Shown one piece after another: positions 11,236 through 25,025 of a DNA stretch of 64,000 bases. Both the position numbers and the translations under genes were made by a program. The stretch's first letter is position 1. Each line of letters begins with the position of its first letter. Source of the stretch: Phoronis australis (Eukaryota; Animalia; Phoronida); the NCBI GenBank assembly GCA_002633005.1, contig NMRA01000002.1:3058228-3122227 (forward strand), written 5' to 3'. The notes below the pieces were generated by a model. The model was not told where the DNA came from and did no database searches. It saw nothing but the letters and a program-made list of their open reading frames with translations.

Positions 11236-14200
11236 GTTTACATGGAAATATGTACAAAGTTGAACGCAAAACATTTTGATCGAGTACTAATTAGGCCAAG
11301 TTGAAATCGCCAACTTTAAAATGGAATAAATCAGAGGCACCGGTCTAATCTCTGAGCTCGAAATTCGACTAGAAAATTAACCAAACTTTGCATGTCACGC
11401 TTGACATCAACTTGCAAATTTGTTCTCGACTTTTGCTACGTGGTTGGTAAACTTTCGAGTCAGAATCTGAGTCGAGTCTGGGTTCGAAGACTAGATCCTG
11501 GGCTCAACTTAGGCGAATCTTACCGTTAATGAACTCCGCTCGGTACATTAGTTTAACATGCTTTATTAGGAATGCTAACTCACCGTATTAAACAGTCAAA
11601 ACAAAAGGTTACACCTCAAAACACGAACCAAAACAACGACTTTCAAAGATGGTGCTGTGTGGGGCTTAAATGTCAAACTCCATCTTTTTGAACAAATATC
11701 TCTTACGCCCTGCTCACATGCAATTATTCAATAAGAACTATCGAAAAAAGCAACTGTGTATTCGGAACACTTAACGCTTTAAGCAGTGTTGACGCTTCGG
11801 GGGGTGACCTGTTATGGGTAGGCATAATACTTGATATTCAAAGTTACCATTTCAAACACGTTAATGCTTTTTGTTTGGTATTACCTTTGACATTTTGTTG
11901 AACAATAAAGCAGAACGTCTGAAGGTGAGAACCTTTATTTCTCAAAACCTTTCCGTTGTGGTAAAACTCGTCGTTTTACTCGAATACATTTGTATATTCG
12001 AAGTCGTCCTATTCGCTTACATGCAAGGCGTGAGAATCAATAATAAACGCGCCACCTCAAGCGAACTAGAGTAAATATACTAGAGCAGTACATCTAATCG
12101 CTATTTTATCTCTGGACATTCAACGATAAATAATTGTCCGATGGTTTTTTAACCACAATCACGTGCTGGTATCCTCTGCATCAGAAGGAATTTGATGGAG
12201 AGTTTAAGTAAATTTACCATCCTTTCAAAACACAAGATATTCTGAAACCAAGATAAAACCCTGCTTACTTAACCCTTGTTCAAAAATCCCCGGCTTGGTG
12301 ATTATCACAAACGTGTTTACCTGGAAAGGTACGGAACTAAAAAATGCTAAAAATGGGCATCTCGTGTTTGATAAATACGTTTGGTTCGATAACCTCCGTG
12401 TCATTGCTATCGCGAGTTTCATCCATCATCCCAGATTATCACTGGAAACTCACGGAAAACCATGTCAAGATGAAACACTCGACATTTTCATTCTGATTTC
12501 TGTCTCGCGTGTAATTGTCATTAAAATCCGTTGCCTTACTTGGTATGCTGTTGTGTGAGTCCGGGCAACGTAACGATTTCTGTTTCATTGTCGTCATTGG
12601 CGTTCTAAATCAATATTCAATAGTCGAAAAGAATAGAATGTTCTATCATTTGACCACTTTCGGAATAAATTATTGTTGGCAGATTTAGGCTAGCTAGGTA
12701 TTTATTTGTCTAAACCTGTTTGGTGACATCATCTGACCAAATAATTAGGAGCCGTTCTTTGTTAAAATATTTTGCTATCGTGTTGTTTACACTCAAACGG
12801 GTAACAAAATACTCACAAGTTCTAATCTATGGTACTAAGTAACTTTTTAATCAAAATACAGTTTCAGGTAATACGCATTCGCTTGATGCCCAGTGTCTCT
12901 TCACTGCTGAGGTAAACCATAATACTGGAAGTGGTCCGGCGTCTTCTAAAATTATTTCTTATCACATGTTACATGTCGTGAATTTTTTTCATATTCATTA
13001 CCGTTTGCAGAGAAGTGAAACAACATTTAAAATTTCAAAAAAGAAGTAACCATTTTCTACTGATCTGACTTCATAATGTTATCACCACTGGTTTGCGTTA
13101 ATGTTTTTCTCGTAAAAGTTATAAATCTATTCTGAAATATTTGAAACGTCATTATACATGTGCGCCGGGATTAAAAAAATCCATTGAGATATCGCCTTGG
13201 ATCACTAACGAAGCACGCGACTGCACAAGCTTCACTCGCGATTGTCTTGCGTCTACGGAACGCACCCCTGATGTTCAACAATGTCCAATTACACTTTGGA
13301 CAAGATGTTCATCTTTGATTAGTTGTAAGCTGCAGAAAGAAACAAATTACATTTGTTTAATGACGGTCTCTCAAAGGCAACTCGGGCTTTGAGTCGTTTT
13401 CATTGTGCATGTAGAACGGAAATTATAGGAAACGAATTTGCTGCGTAGTTATTGAATCCAGTTATTAAATACAATTAGGGTCTCAAGAAAATTTGCCTGT
13501 TGGTTGATCACACCATTATTTGTATTTGACTGATTCTTAAACCAAAAGTTTGGCCCTCGTAAATTCCTTCTTGGACTTGCAACCTACAACTGTAGTCTTG
13601 TCTTTGCCGTAGTCTTAGTGGAATCATTTGAAAAGATAAATATAAAGATTGGCGAGGGGCCCATTTCACTTTTTGAGGTTAAAAGGTGGATCACAAATGT
13701 CAAACTGCAGCAGTTTGACATTTTTGAGTCAGCCAATATATTCATTAGTTTTCCTTGAGTTTAGCAATCGTAAAAACTATGGCAAGTTTCCAGGCGCTGA
13801 TCCAGACGGCTCCAGGGGTCCACACCTCGATCTGTTCGGTCACACTCACATTACTGGAATGGGAATTCCCGAGTACACGATGTTTTTGTCAGCGCAATGA
13901 CAAGAGTGTCACATTCAATTGTATCAGCGAGGGGTAATTTCCGGAGGGAGAATTATACCCTCGTAAATAAGCTGTCACAAAATTGAATTTTTTTCAACGA
14001 ATTTGAGAACAGGCCATATTAAAGTTATTAAGGGTTAACTAATCTTTAACAAGTCTGGGAACTCCGTCCGTCATAATCCCACCCCCTGGTCGTCACAATT
14101 TTCGACCCCCGGTCACAGTATGTAACCCTTTCCTCCGTTGGGCACTTAATAAAGCTACACTGCTTACTTCAGTAGTTATATTCGCGAAATGGATTCTGTA

Positions 14201-14938
14201 TGCAAATTGTTACTGTTACAAGAAAGTTAGCGAGGGTGAGGCTGAAGTAAAAACCAAATCTCAGTCATTAGTGAAGATCTTTAGTTTTGAAAATGTCTAC
14301 AATTAGTACCACGGTGGCCAAAACAAGTTACCGTGGCATATGGAATAAGATAAATATTTGTAGAGTCCGTGAAACAACACGGGACAGGGAATGCAATGTT
14401 CTATACACGCTCTTTGATACACGTACTGAACTTTAAGCACAGTTAGATTTAATGTTTTTGTTAACGTGTGTCAAAAATTCGGTATATATTGTAGTACAGT
14501 GCATGGTCAGTCAGATGTCGGTGTTGACGAATGAAGTACTCAAACGATTCCAAAGTTTCCTTTAACCAACTAACAGATATTTTAAAACTACAGAAGTTTT
14601 CGAAATAAAATGGACAACGCCCAAATTCGACAAAGGCTCGGAGCACAAAACTGCGACTAAATATCCATTTCATTTTGCTTAGAATCCGTTTCAATTCTGG
14701 TTAAGTCTCGACAAACTCTCGACAAAAATCTCTACAGGTATTGGTCCACGCACGCTGTCGCGCAAATCTATTAACAAATAAACAATTAACGGCTAGGCGC
14801 ACTAACTTCACATTAAATTCCGGCAAAAGTTCGACAAAGCCGTTATTTTATTGCGACGAAGGATCGGCTATATGCAGTCAAATTATTTTCATCAAAGGTT
14901 TGAATAGTCTGGCATGGTTCTGTCAAAGTCTGTTTAAT

Positions 14939-15092
14939 TTATTTTCAATATTACGATTTAGTATTTACTTTATTTTCGATATTACGATTTAGTATTTAGT
15001 TTATTTTCAATATTACGATTTAGTATTTAGTTTATTTTCAATATTAAGATTTAGTATTTACTTTATTTTCAATATTACGATTTACTATTTAC
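14939..15092. repeat. Minisatellite, 5 x 31 bp (ttattttcaatattacgatttagtatttaSt)
   Basis: ATTTTC recurs at 14941, 14972, 15003, 15034 and 15065. Confidence 0.95.
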
Positions 15093-15221
15093 GTTGTTGA
15101 AAAATATTAACGCTCTGTAACCCTGATCAACCCTCAAAAGATTAGAATTTATTACTAAGTCTTCCAAATCTGCCCACTTGACTGACAATATGGGATTTAA
15201 AATTAAAATAAGTTTTGAGAT

Positions 15222-15510
15222 CAGTCCCAATACGTATTCGAACTCACGACCTCAGCGATCGCACTCTGACGCTTTCTCAGCGGAGGTAAAGGCCACTCGG
15301 CATGGAGCGAAACAATAAGCATATTTAACTGGCTAAGTCACTGGCCTCGTTTACAGGGAATGACTGGCAGCCAACGACGAGAATACTGGTGTCTTGTAAC
15401 AAAATCACAAAAACAACGGACTTTGTTGTTGGTTTATAGACCTGGCCAAAGCTGTTGACTACAAGAAGTTTGTGCCATCCAGCAATATGTGTTTTGGCCA
15501 TAAATCAGAG
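15222..15510. repeat. Dispersed repeat with tRNA-like segment; diverged homolog at ~1870-2100
   Basis: Minus strand gaggtcgtGAGTTCGAAT is B-box-like. Shares tatttaRctgg, caacgRcgagaat, ttgtaaYaaaatcacaaaaaca and ctggYcaaagc with 1925-2050. Confidence 0.5.
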
Positions 15511-16782
15511 TGGGTCCCTCTTGACTGACAACTCGGTCGCGAAAGACTCGAACCACCGGATCTATCCTGAGACACAACCAGAAGGAGTTTTAGCTGAAGA
15601 GTCTTTTTACCGCACAAGGAAAGTAGGTTACTAATAAAATGAACAATGAGAGTTCACAGAACCAGTTTTAGGTATCCTTTTAAATTGCTCGTATAAGCAC
15701 TCTCGCGTTGCGTTTTTACATTGGTATTCATTGCACGTGCTATGTTCGCAATCGGCTGTAGAGATTGCCATTGTGCAACTGCATTCAGATAAAGTAAGTC
15801 AAATTATCTATTGGGAATGAATGCGTATGCTGGAACACATTGAAATCATTTCGTGTCATTGTCATGAAGCTACGGCAACACAGCCAAATAATGTCTTTCT
15901 TGTAATAATCAGATGACATTGCATTTTTCTCAGAAATGAAGAACTTTTGGTTAGAAAACTGAATTTCTAGTGGTCAAAAGGAAAGAAGGGATTGAAAAAA
16001 ATAGAAAACATTAACGTTGCATTGAGCTCTACTTTGACTAGCCAAACACGACCAACTGACCAACTTTAAAGTAAGATAAAACAAAGCAATTTGTAAAACA
16101 GAGTAAAGTGCTTTATCAAGTCAAACATAATACCCGTGAGCTTCATTTCAACTACTAACAGTGAAAACACACAAAACATGACGTGTTAAACCAAAACAGA
16201 CGACAATTGCCATAGTGTGAAACGGGTTGTTCCAAGGTAATGTATCTATTAATTCAACAGCATTCAGTAATTTTAACTAATACTGGGTTTCTATTACATG
16301 TATAAAAATGGTGTTCATGCATGTGAATAACTGTCAAATAACCAAATACAAAATTCTAATTTCATAAATCACCCAACTGAATAAATTATATCTCAAAATA
16401 ACCCCTTCTGCCTTTTTCAGTTAAAATAATTCACACAAGAAATTTGACAAGTCGGTCTAGTTTAAACTTAGTCAAGAATGGGAAAACGCTACTAGAGCGC
16501 CAGCATCAAAACAACATTTCGGTATTAAGTAAACGTCATCCTCAGGTACAGTAGTTAAACAGAATAAAACAGAATGCTTTCGTCACATCACAGTGCATAG
16601 CAGAGGATATGTATGCTCCAACATTCCTATTGGCACGAAATCAAATGTTTTCAAATGAACTAGACTTAAACCGATAAAGATCAAGACAGTTTTTGAATTT
16701 CTAGTGGTGCACCAACAGAGTGGCAGGCACAATTGAACGACATTAAACTTCCACTTCTTGTGATGAAGTATAATAAATAGAG

Positions 16783-16922
16783 AATCCTACACGAGTCTCA
16801 GGTTTATGATATGGGCAAAACCTCTTGGAAATTTCGTCAAAATCCCGAGGCTTGCCGAGGGATTTTGACGAAATTTCCGAGAGGTTTTGCCCATGTCATC
16901 AATCTGATACAAGTGTAGGATT
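16783..16922. repeat. Near-perfect 140-bp palindrome with CCCGAGGCTTGCCGAGGG centre
   Basis: aatcctacac..tgggcaaaacctct.ggaaatttcgtcaaaatccc pairs with gggattttgacgaaatttcc.agaggttttgccca..gtgtaggatt. Confidence 0.85.
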
Positions 16923-17555
16923 TGTGTTCTCACATAAACCTTAAAAACGATCTTATTTGCTGAAAACCTCGACGTGTCTAAAACTTTCAACCACACGGCG
17001 CAATTTTTGTAAAACACGCTTGCACAATGTAAAGTAATTCGGTTACTTTTTCTTAAAAGGTTTATTTTAAGCTTAACAGTTGTAAACCGCATTCAGTTTT
17101 CGTATCAAATATTCAAATTAGAATCTAATAAGTACTACTTATTAGGCGGATTTAGGGGGGGGGCAGGGAGCCCGCCCACCCCCCATGGCTGCCGCAAAAA
17201 AATAAAACAGTAAGAGCGTAGGGAAATGTTGAGTTTATTAATCAACCCCGGTAATTAAAATTATACGGATGAAAAAAAGATTTAAATGTGTGCAGTTTTA
17301 GTGTGTGTGTGGGGGGGGGGCTCAAATCCAATTTCAAGTGTCAAATTCGGAACACGGCGCATTCGTAACGGAACTATGGCTAAGCTCTCCGCGATATCCC
17401 AGGCGACCGGCAGTGGCGCTGCGCACTACGACTCAGTTTCCGTCGTCTGCTCCACTGAGAAGAAAATTTACTTCATTTTTTAAAGAAAATGTAACCTGAG
17501 TGACGATGAAAAAACAGAAGCTGCTGGTAAGATGTGAATTTTAATCGAAGCCTTA

Positions 17556-17708
17556 GTGAATCACTCAAAAACTCGCAATACTCTCTTTGTCAAACCTTAT
17601 GTTAAGACGATTTCCAAAGCAATCCCGTCATTATTGCCAACACGAAAAACGGATTTGGTCTTTTGGGCATTTGAAGACTATTTTAAATACGACAAATTTG
17701 TTAAGAAT
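17556..17708 (+). pseudogene. Possible Crypton-type recombinase N-terminal fragment running into gap
   Basis: KAIPSLLPTRKTDLVFWAFEDYFK resembles the IPxNTRxxTxWAxxxFxxW/Y start of Crypton recombinases; lies downstream of the hairpin at 16783-16922. Confidence 0.33.
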
Positions 17709-17904
17709 NNNNNNNNNNNNNNNNNNNNNNNNNNNNNNNNNNNNNNNNNNNNNNNNNNNNNNNNNNNNNNNNNNNNNNNNNNNNNNNNNNNNNNNNNNNN
17801 NNNNNNNNNNNNNNNNNNNNNNNNNNNNNNNNNNNNNNNNNNNNNNNNNNNNNNNNNNNNNNNNNNNNNNNNNNNNNNNNNNNNNNNNNNNNNNNNNNNN
17901 NNNN

Positions 17905-18290
17905 CGCGCGTGAGCACTGAATTGACCTTGAAACAGCACAGCTTGGCAGTTTCGCCGCGTTTCTTGAGTTGGGGCTCATTTCCGTTTGAATTAACGTGGA
18001 TATGGAATTCGCCGCCGAAGATGGGTCCGTTTAAGAAGTTGTTTGCATGTCCTTTCGACTGGGAGTACGTACAGTTGCGACACCCGATTTGTCAATCATA
18101 ACCTTGTCACCTTCTTGGAATTCCGGCATTGTTTGGTAGGCGCGCGTTTGGTTGTTTTAGTGTTTTGCAGACGATAAAATGTGAGGCGTATGGATTTTTA
18201 CTTTGCACTACTTTATGATTTGCCCATGTAATATCAAAAAAATTACGTACTCGGTGTTGTTAATCAGTGGTGTCGTAACACATTCCAGGT
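17905..18290 (-). pseudogene. Decayed Crypton-type tyrosine recombinase C-terminus
   Basis: Minus-strand pieces with frameshifts, in the expected order: LT.HRVR (TNHSxR box), NHKVVQSKNPYA (GHKxxxSxxxY catalytic box), HILSS, NNFLNGPIFGGEFHIHVN..PQLKKR (typical tail). Confidence 0.5.
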
Positions 18291-21200
18291 CATGTTACAA
18301 AAACGCATACAGTAACAACAAACATTGAATGCCTTATGGTTTAATATACATTTGCCATAAAACAAAAGTACACAAAATTACGCACGGGCTCTCAAGTGCT
18401 TTTCACGAAAAGGTGACCTGATCCTGGTTAACACCATGTTTGAATGCTGGGAGCGACGTGACGTTAAGTGCACTTTGTCTGCGTGTGACATGGTCTAGTT
18501 TTCATTAATCATTGTGTTTTAAGCCAGACACATAATCTTGATGAATATTATCGTCTGTTTCTTTACCCTCATGGCATTTCGAACCGTAGTTCAGTAGCTA
18601 ACCATTTTTTTCCTTTTTACGGCTGCGTCTGACCTTTTAACTTTCACAAAAAATGACCTGTTCTAGCCTGAAATGTACTTGGTGAGATATGCTGTGTATG
18701 TAGGCCTATCGGCGGGTTATCGCAGATCAAAGGCAAATGCCAAACTTAAACAGCTAATCACACTCAAAAGTATCTAGCAAATGCTTCACCTCGTGTTACA
18801 CCTGGATCCTCATAGGCAACGTAGTGTGCAATTCCGTGGCAAATATAAATATTTCGCATACTTCCTCTTAATTCCTAATCTACGCGTTCTCATATTTCGA
18901 AGAGCCGATACATGAACGGCGTTTCTATTTACTTGGTCTGTTCGTAACGAGACGCAAGTAAACTTCACACCACGTTCTTGACTGCTTCGTAAAGACCCAA
19001 CACGTAGAGAGCGCCGTAATTCTGTTCAGCGAAAGGTCTCCCCCACTGAATATTCTTTATCACAACACTGTCATTACGTTGTCGCCATGGCATATAATCG
19101 CGATGATCCACTTTGCATGTGCAAAGTTCACGCATGCTTTTTAACTACTCCAGTGCATAGAACATACCGTTTCATAATCCGCTAAAGAGTACAAGTGCAC
19201 TTAGATACCAACTCGAACACTAAGCCATTGTCATTTTTATTTATTTAATATATGCAAATGAATCGGTTGATATAAGCTGGAATTTCCAAGATGTATTAGC
19301 TAATTTAGTCCGTAGTTAGCACAACGGCTGAAGGTTTAAGATGGAAACCTTCTTTTCACAATGTTATTCTGGGATCGAAAAAGGTTTACCATTGCAATGT
19401 GAAATGGTAGATCGTTGCAGAGTTGTGCTTGCAAATGCACACTTGTGACTGGTCATCAAACTGAATGTAGTTGGAATACTTCCATGAGCTAATGGATGTG
19501 AACCTAAGACAAGAATTCAAAATAACCGTTAGACTTAAGTCACCTAATGTCTTCACTTGGGTTTGCCTATTGTTTTTTATGATGTCATTGCGAAATTTGA
19601 TGACGCAAGTTTTATTAAAAGCCAAAGTAACAATGACTCAACGCAAAATCAACATTTTATAAAGCAAACAATCTATTCAAGTTAGTCAATGTCGTAAAAC
19701 AATGACTGCTTTTTGGCAGACTGAGGCGAACACCCTTCAGCCACGTTGTTTTGAAAACAACAGAAAAAAGCAACACGCCCACTGTAGTCTCTTCTCTCCA
19801 CAATGTATTCGTGTCAGCCGCCTGCACATAGGAGACTTTACTAAAACACCGTGGTCTCGCCTTTCTAGACTTTCTAGACCTGACAATGCCTTGTAGCCCA
19901 TGGATATATCTAGTGCAGTTAATTAAAATTGCCATTCCACACACGCAAGATCACTAAAAGCGGGTGACCGTCTTTTACAGATCAAACTATCTGATGTAAA
20001 GGTACTGAATGAATGCAATCGACATTTGAGACATTTCGCCCAATCTTATGGAAAAAGCGGTTACAAAAACTCAGGTTTCGCTTAGTGCGTAACAATAGTA
20101 AAAGCTGGATGCGCTTGATATATAAATGTTATACAACTTACGTGATGATAAGGGAAGTTATCACATCGAAATTTGTGATATGTAAGCTGATTTAACGGAA
20201 GGTGAACTTTTTAAGACGAGCAAGCCTTTTCTATTTTGACTTGTTTTAGATACATTTGGCGAAATTTTAAAAATCACAAAAGGAAACTAACGAGTCATTA
20301 TATTTTTGGAATTAATATAACTGAAACCAATGTGAAGTACAAATACGCGCGACCTTTTAGTTAATTACTGTAATGGCTTGTCGGTGAGAAAATTCATTTA
20401 TGAAAATCACGTACATAGAGAAAGTTTTAACGCTTGTCTTTGGAACACTGCGATAGCAACGGCTGCTGAACTATTTTTGACTAACAACAAAAAACTACAG
20501 TAGCAATCTTGGTAAACCCACAAGCCTCTCTAAAGAATCCTTGGTAACCTATAGGACAACTGTGTTGTGCAACGTACAATGTATGTATCAGTGTTTTGTT
20601 TCAATTCGTGACATGCAAAGGCATTTGAACTCGACTGGATTCCCTCGCGTTCAAATGCTTTTACACATGACGATGGTCTATATAATAACCAATAGTACAT
20701 GTACTTGTATGAAGTATAAAATTTATACATTGTACGGTACGAGAACGTAGAAAATCAATGGAGAGGTTTTTGATGCGTTGATACCCCGGAGCGCCGCGTG
20801 GCTATTGCAAACAATACTAAACACCCGTGCTACAAACGTACATTTAATTATACTGGAATCAGTGCAGCACACCGATAGATTACGTTGAATGAACTTTAGG
20901 GCAAAAAGATGTTGCGTTTCTGATGTATACAAAATGTAGTAACACAATTTCTAAAAATAGCTTAATCTGTGTAAGGTAAATTTTATGATGAAAACGAATA
21001 TAAAAGTAATTTACATGGTAGATTCGTCGCATCATATTTTTAATGACCCATTAAATAAGTGTTTAAATGGGTTAAGCTGCCTAGCGTCGTTACCAGCAAA
21101 TCAATTCCAAACTGTAGAAACTATCGTCTTCAGAAAAAAAATATCGAGCTGTGAGTTGGTTGGTTCGTAAGTAGCATTCGGCTTTTGTGTATCATCTGCG

Positions 21201-22092
21201 GATGTGTTGCAGATGTACGTCGATATTTACAAGAACTTTACGCCTTTCTGAAACTGAAGGCCTTTCTACAGTAAGCAACTTTCATGAAACATTTCTGAAA
21301 CACGACCCCAAACACCATGAACCCCTTGCGACAGCATGTTTTTGAAAAGTAACACGGTGTGGACGTGTTCTGCAACGTTTTTAGAAACATTCTGAAACAT
21401 GTTTTCGAAATCTTTGCAATAATTGACGTGTTAATGATTGAAAACTTTTAAGAAACATGTTTGAGGAATGTTTTTGGATTGAACCAAGTAGAAATGAACT
21501 TTGTGTTATGTGACAGGGGAGAGAAAAGCAAATGGCAACGTCTACAGAACTGTGAGGATTTCAGTAAGACAAAGAAAACACCTAATAAATAGGGACAAAA
21601 GTGCTAGTCATGCACTGAGACAGTCCATGAGATCTCGCTATCTTGCTGTCTCCTGCCGTTTCTCAACGGGAAATTACATGGATCAAAAAAGTTTTAACAG
21701 AAAAATCACAAGTTACAGTCTCAGTTTTAGAAAAAAAAAACAATATGCTAATCTGTATGGGTCACACGCGCTTCAGATTTTGACAATTTTCTTTAGTATA
21801 CTTTTAACGGTTTAAACAAATGTGATGCAAGTGAATTTGTTACGGCCGCATGGTTCGTCTCTAGTTTGGAGTAGTTGTTGGGGCTGTAATGTAATCACTG
21901 TACGCTTTTATTCCACGTTGATGTCCGTCAAGTAAGGTAACACCACTCTAATGTCACTCTCCGCGTAAGTGATGCAGATGCTAGATCGTCGCAAATACGC
22001 TGAAATGATGAAAACACTATCCTACTAACAATTGTCTTCATATTATATTGCTTAAATGTTATTTAGAATAAATCATTATGTGAGAAATAAAT

Positions 22093-22246
22093 ATAGATAA
22101 TTACATAGCGAAGTCGTGTTCTAGAGCCCGAGTGGATTTTGGAGAATTATCGCCCGAGGGGCGTCAGCCCGTGGGTGATAATTCTCCATAATCCACGAGG
22201 GCTCTAGACAAGGGGGATAACGACTGAGAACATGTAATAATCTATT
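22093..22246. repeat. Second palindrome of the same architecture (CCCGAGGGGCGTCAGCCCGTGGG centre)
   Basis: tctagagccc..gtggatt.tggagaattatc.ccc pairs with ggg.gataattctcca.aatccac..gggctctaga. Confidence 0.8.
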
Positions 22247-23207
22247 TATACCACATACTGAACGAGAAACATTGCAATGAATCGATCTACTTTTCTCGAC
22301 TGGCCTCGGCTTTGTAACTACTTTCTATGTCAGAGTCCCGGGGTCGGAGGTCGTGACCTTTTAAGAAAAGCCGAGCTATTTTTTGCCAAATAATGCTTTT
22401 ACTCAAAACCAATTGAAAATTTGAAGAAAATAGAAATAATGTGAATCTATAAATTAAGGTTTAGCAGCTATTATAGCTTACTACACATTTTATCAAGCTA
22501 AGCTTCGACCGGGAAAATATCGTCTGCTAAAGTAGGTTACTGCTGGCAACTGAGTATAATGCTCAAGTCAAAGGATCCCGACGACACGATACCCGAATTC
22601 AAATTGGAGATCAGTGATTTACAAGTGAGAGAACATGAGTGAAAAACTTCACTGGATTAAAATATCGTTTTTATGGAATTTGTGCGTCTTATTTTTCATA
22701 GCGTATAATTGTCGGTACAATGGCCTTTGTTGAACATGCGATTGTTGCGCGTGTTCATTTAAGTATTCTATTTTCACGTTCGGTGACGTCAGCCGCTGAG
22801 TGGTGCAGTGGTAAAGTCGACAACCCGAAGCTCTTGTGGTACTCATCATACTTGTCAAATCCCGTGACTTCCCAAATGAAGCAGTTAACAACTCAGAATG
22901 TCCATTGCGCGCTAGAGGTCGGAACGAGGCTGTACACAGCGTCTTGTGTTTGTCGTCCTATTTCTTATTTCCCGGCATTCAACATTTTGCAACACGCGAA
23001 TGCACGTAATTTGGACAGCCCTAAAACAATACGCCACAACCTGTGCTGTGTTTCCAAAATGTTTTGTTACAGAATTTTTATTAGTGTAGGGAAGTCTTAA
23101 CACGTAGGATTACCACGTTATTCGCGAAATACCAACCGCATAATATTTAGAAGCTCAAAAATCGAAACTTGCAGTATACGTTCACTACGAGAAGGCTTTG
23201 TAAAAAC

Positions 23208-23263
23208 TTAAATACAGCGCTATGACTGACCCAGATTAAATACAGCGCTATGACTGACCCAGA
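23208..23263. repeat. Tandem duplication, 2 x 28 bp
   Basis: ttaaatacagcgctatgactgacccaga repeated at 23208 and 23236. Confidence 0.93.
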
Positions 23264-25025
23264 GTTGAAAGGAAATTAGTTGGAATTTTGTTTCAGTGGA
23301 AGTTTCGAATCCTTCACCAGGTATAGACATGGCTCTTTGCGTATAACGGTGACGCAGACGTATCAAGCAAAAAGGCATAGTTTGTTCTCGCCTGTTTTTT
23401 TAAGCAATATGGTGGTGTGATATTTTTAATTGCCAACTTCCTCCATCAGCCTCATTGGTCCAACGACACGATCGCCGGTGCCCTCATGTCCACGCAACCG
23501 GCAAGGGCATTCTGCTCCAATCCTACGGGGGAGGCATTGAGTCATAAGCCGATTGCGGCTGACTTGGCATCTTTCTTGCGTGCGTGCAATTTTTTGGCTT
23601 TTGAAAAAAATACGTCTGACACCATGGCTTATACTGATGCGGGAGGACTCCTTTTTCTTCGCTATTGAAAAGCAGGTTTCAAAATGACGAGGATCAAAGA
23701 CCCGAAACAACTATGCTTTTTGGAATTATTGGTTGAATTTCATTAGCTTAAATGTACACTATCGAATAATAAATACATTCTGTGGTCATCTGTGACGTCA
23801 TTGGAGCCCTTAGAGGCTAAGAAATAGGGGAAATGTACTTTGCTATCCTTCCGTCGACCAACACATTTACGAGAAAACCAAGATCAAGCAAGTTTTCGCG
23901 ACATATCGCTTTAACATTTCAAGCGAAACACGTAAACACACGTACTCACGAATGTCTTGCGTCTGAATTACGCAGCCGTGAACGTCCATGCGTTACTGGT
24001 AATATCCCCTCAGGATCGACAACATTCTCTGTTGTTAAGCCTGTTAGGAATGAGAATAAGTTAGTTTTTCGGATAGCCGGAAACAATTTAATGCAAGTAT
24101 CATATCTGAGATATTTCTGGGGTAATTTTTATTTCACCATAGGTAGTTCATTGAGTAATTGTTATTAACCTAATTTCCGAATAAGCAATTGCGTAGTATT
24201 GAACACGTTCAGGTGAGTGGTTTTTGCTTTCACTATACCATGTAAACTTGAAATTAAAATTAAATGAAGCGAGAAGCGTAGACTTCTTGAATTAAGATCG
24301 ATTTGGCTTACAAGACGGAGCCGCTACATCCCTTTCGCATTAGCATATAAACAGTGTCGGGATTATAATGGTTAAGGGCCTAAATTCTCATCGTGAATGA
24401 CATTGGCTAATCGTAAAAGTGCAAGTTTGAAGCACACTTGCGCGATGTACTTCATCCCGCTCGTAGATTTTCTCCATAATTATACGCACATCGTGATTCT
24501 GGAATATGACATTTAAGTAATGAAAACGGCAGGTTTTGGGATCTGCGATTGCGTTTAACTTTTGCAATTGAGGATTTGCAAGAATTGTGATTTCAGGTTT
24601 GCTAACTGAAAGATTGTGAATTAGGAAAACTAAAGCGTTTTTGACTTCAATGCTTATTCTAAAGGCTTCTACAGATAAAGCGTTATTCCTTTAGTATCTG
24701 GAGGCAACCTTTGTTTAATATCAATTTGGTTCGTAACGACTGGTGGGAATTTAAATGTTCTATTTATATTCCCAATACCTCCGGCAGCTAGGGAGTGATT
24801 ATAAACTGAAATAAAAACATGATATCGCTATGTTGAATCCAGGCATTATGGCTACAGTGCAATTTCTGATACTTAAAGTACACAAAGTATCCTTTGATTT
24901 TGATGTCTGATTCTTGGTGTGACTGTGGAAAATACAGCATTCATCATGTACGCGTACAGAGTAACAGGACTGATTACGTCACTTGTACAACAAAACAAAA
25001 ATGTGATGGCCATGCGAACCCACAT

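Noticed and set aside
14939-15092. 31-bp repeats as a CRISPR array
   Set aside because: Head-to-tail units with no spacers, no cas genes, eukaryotic context.
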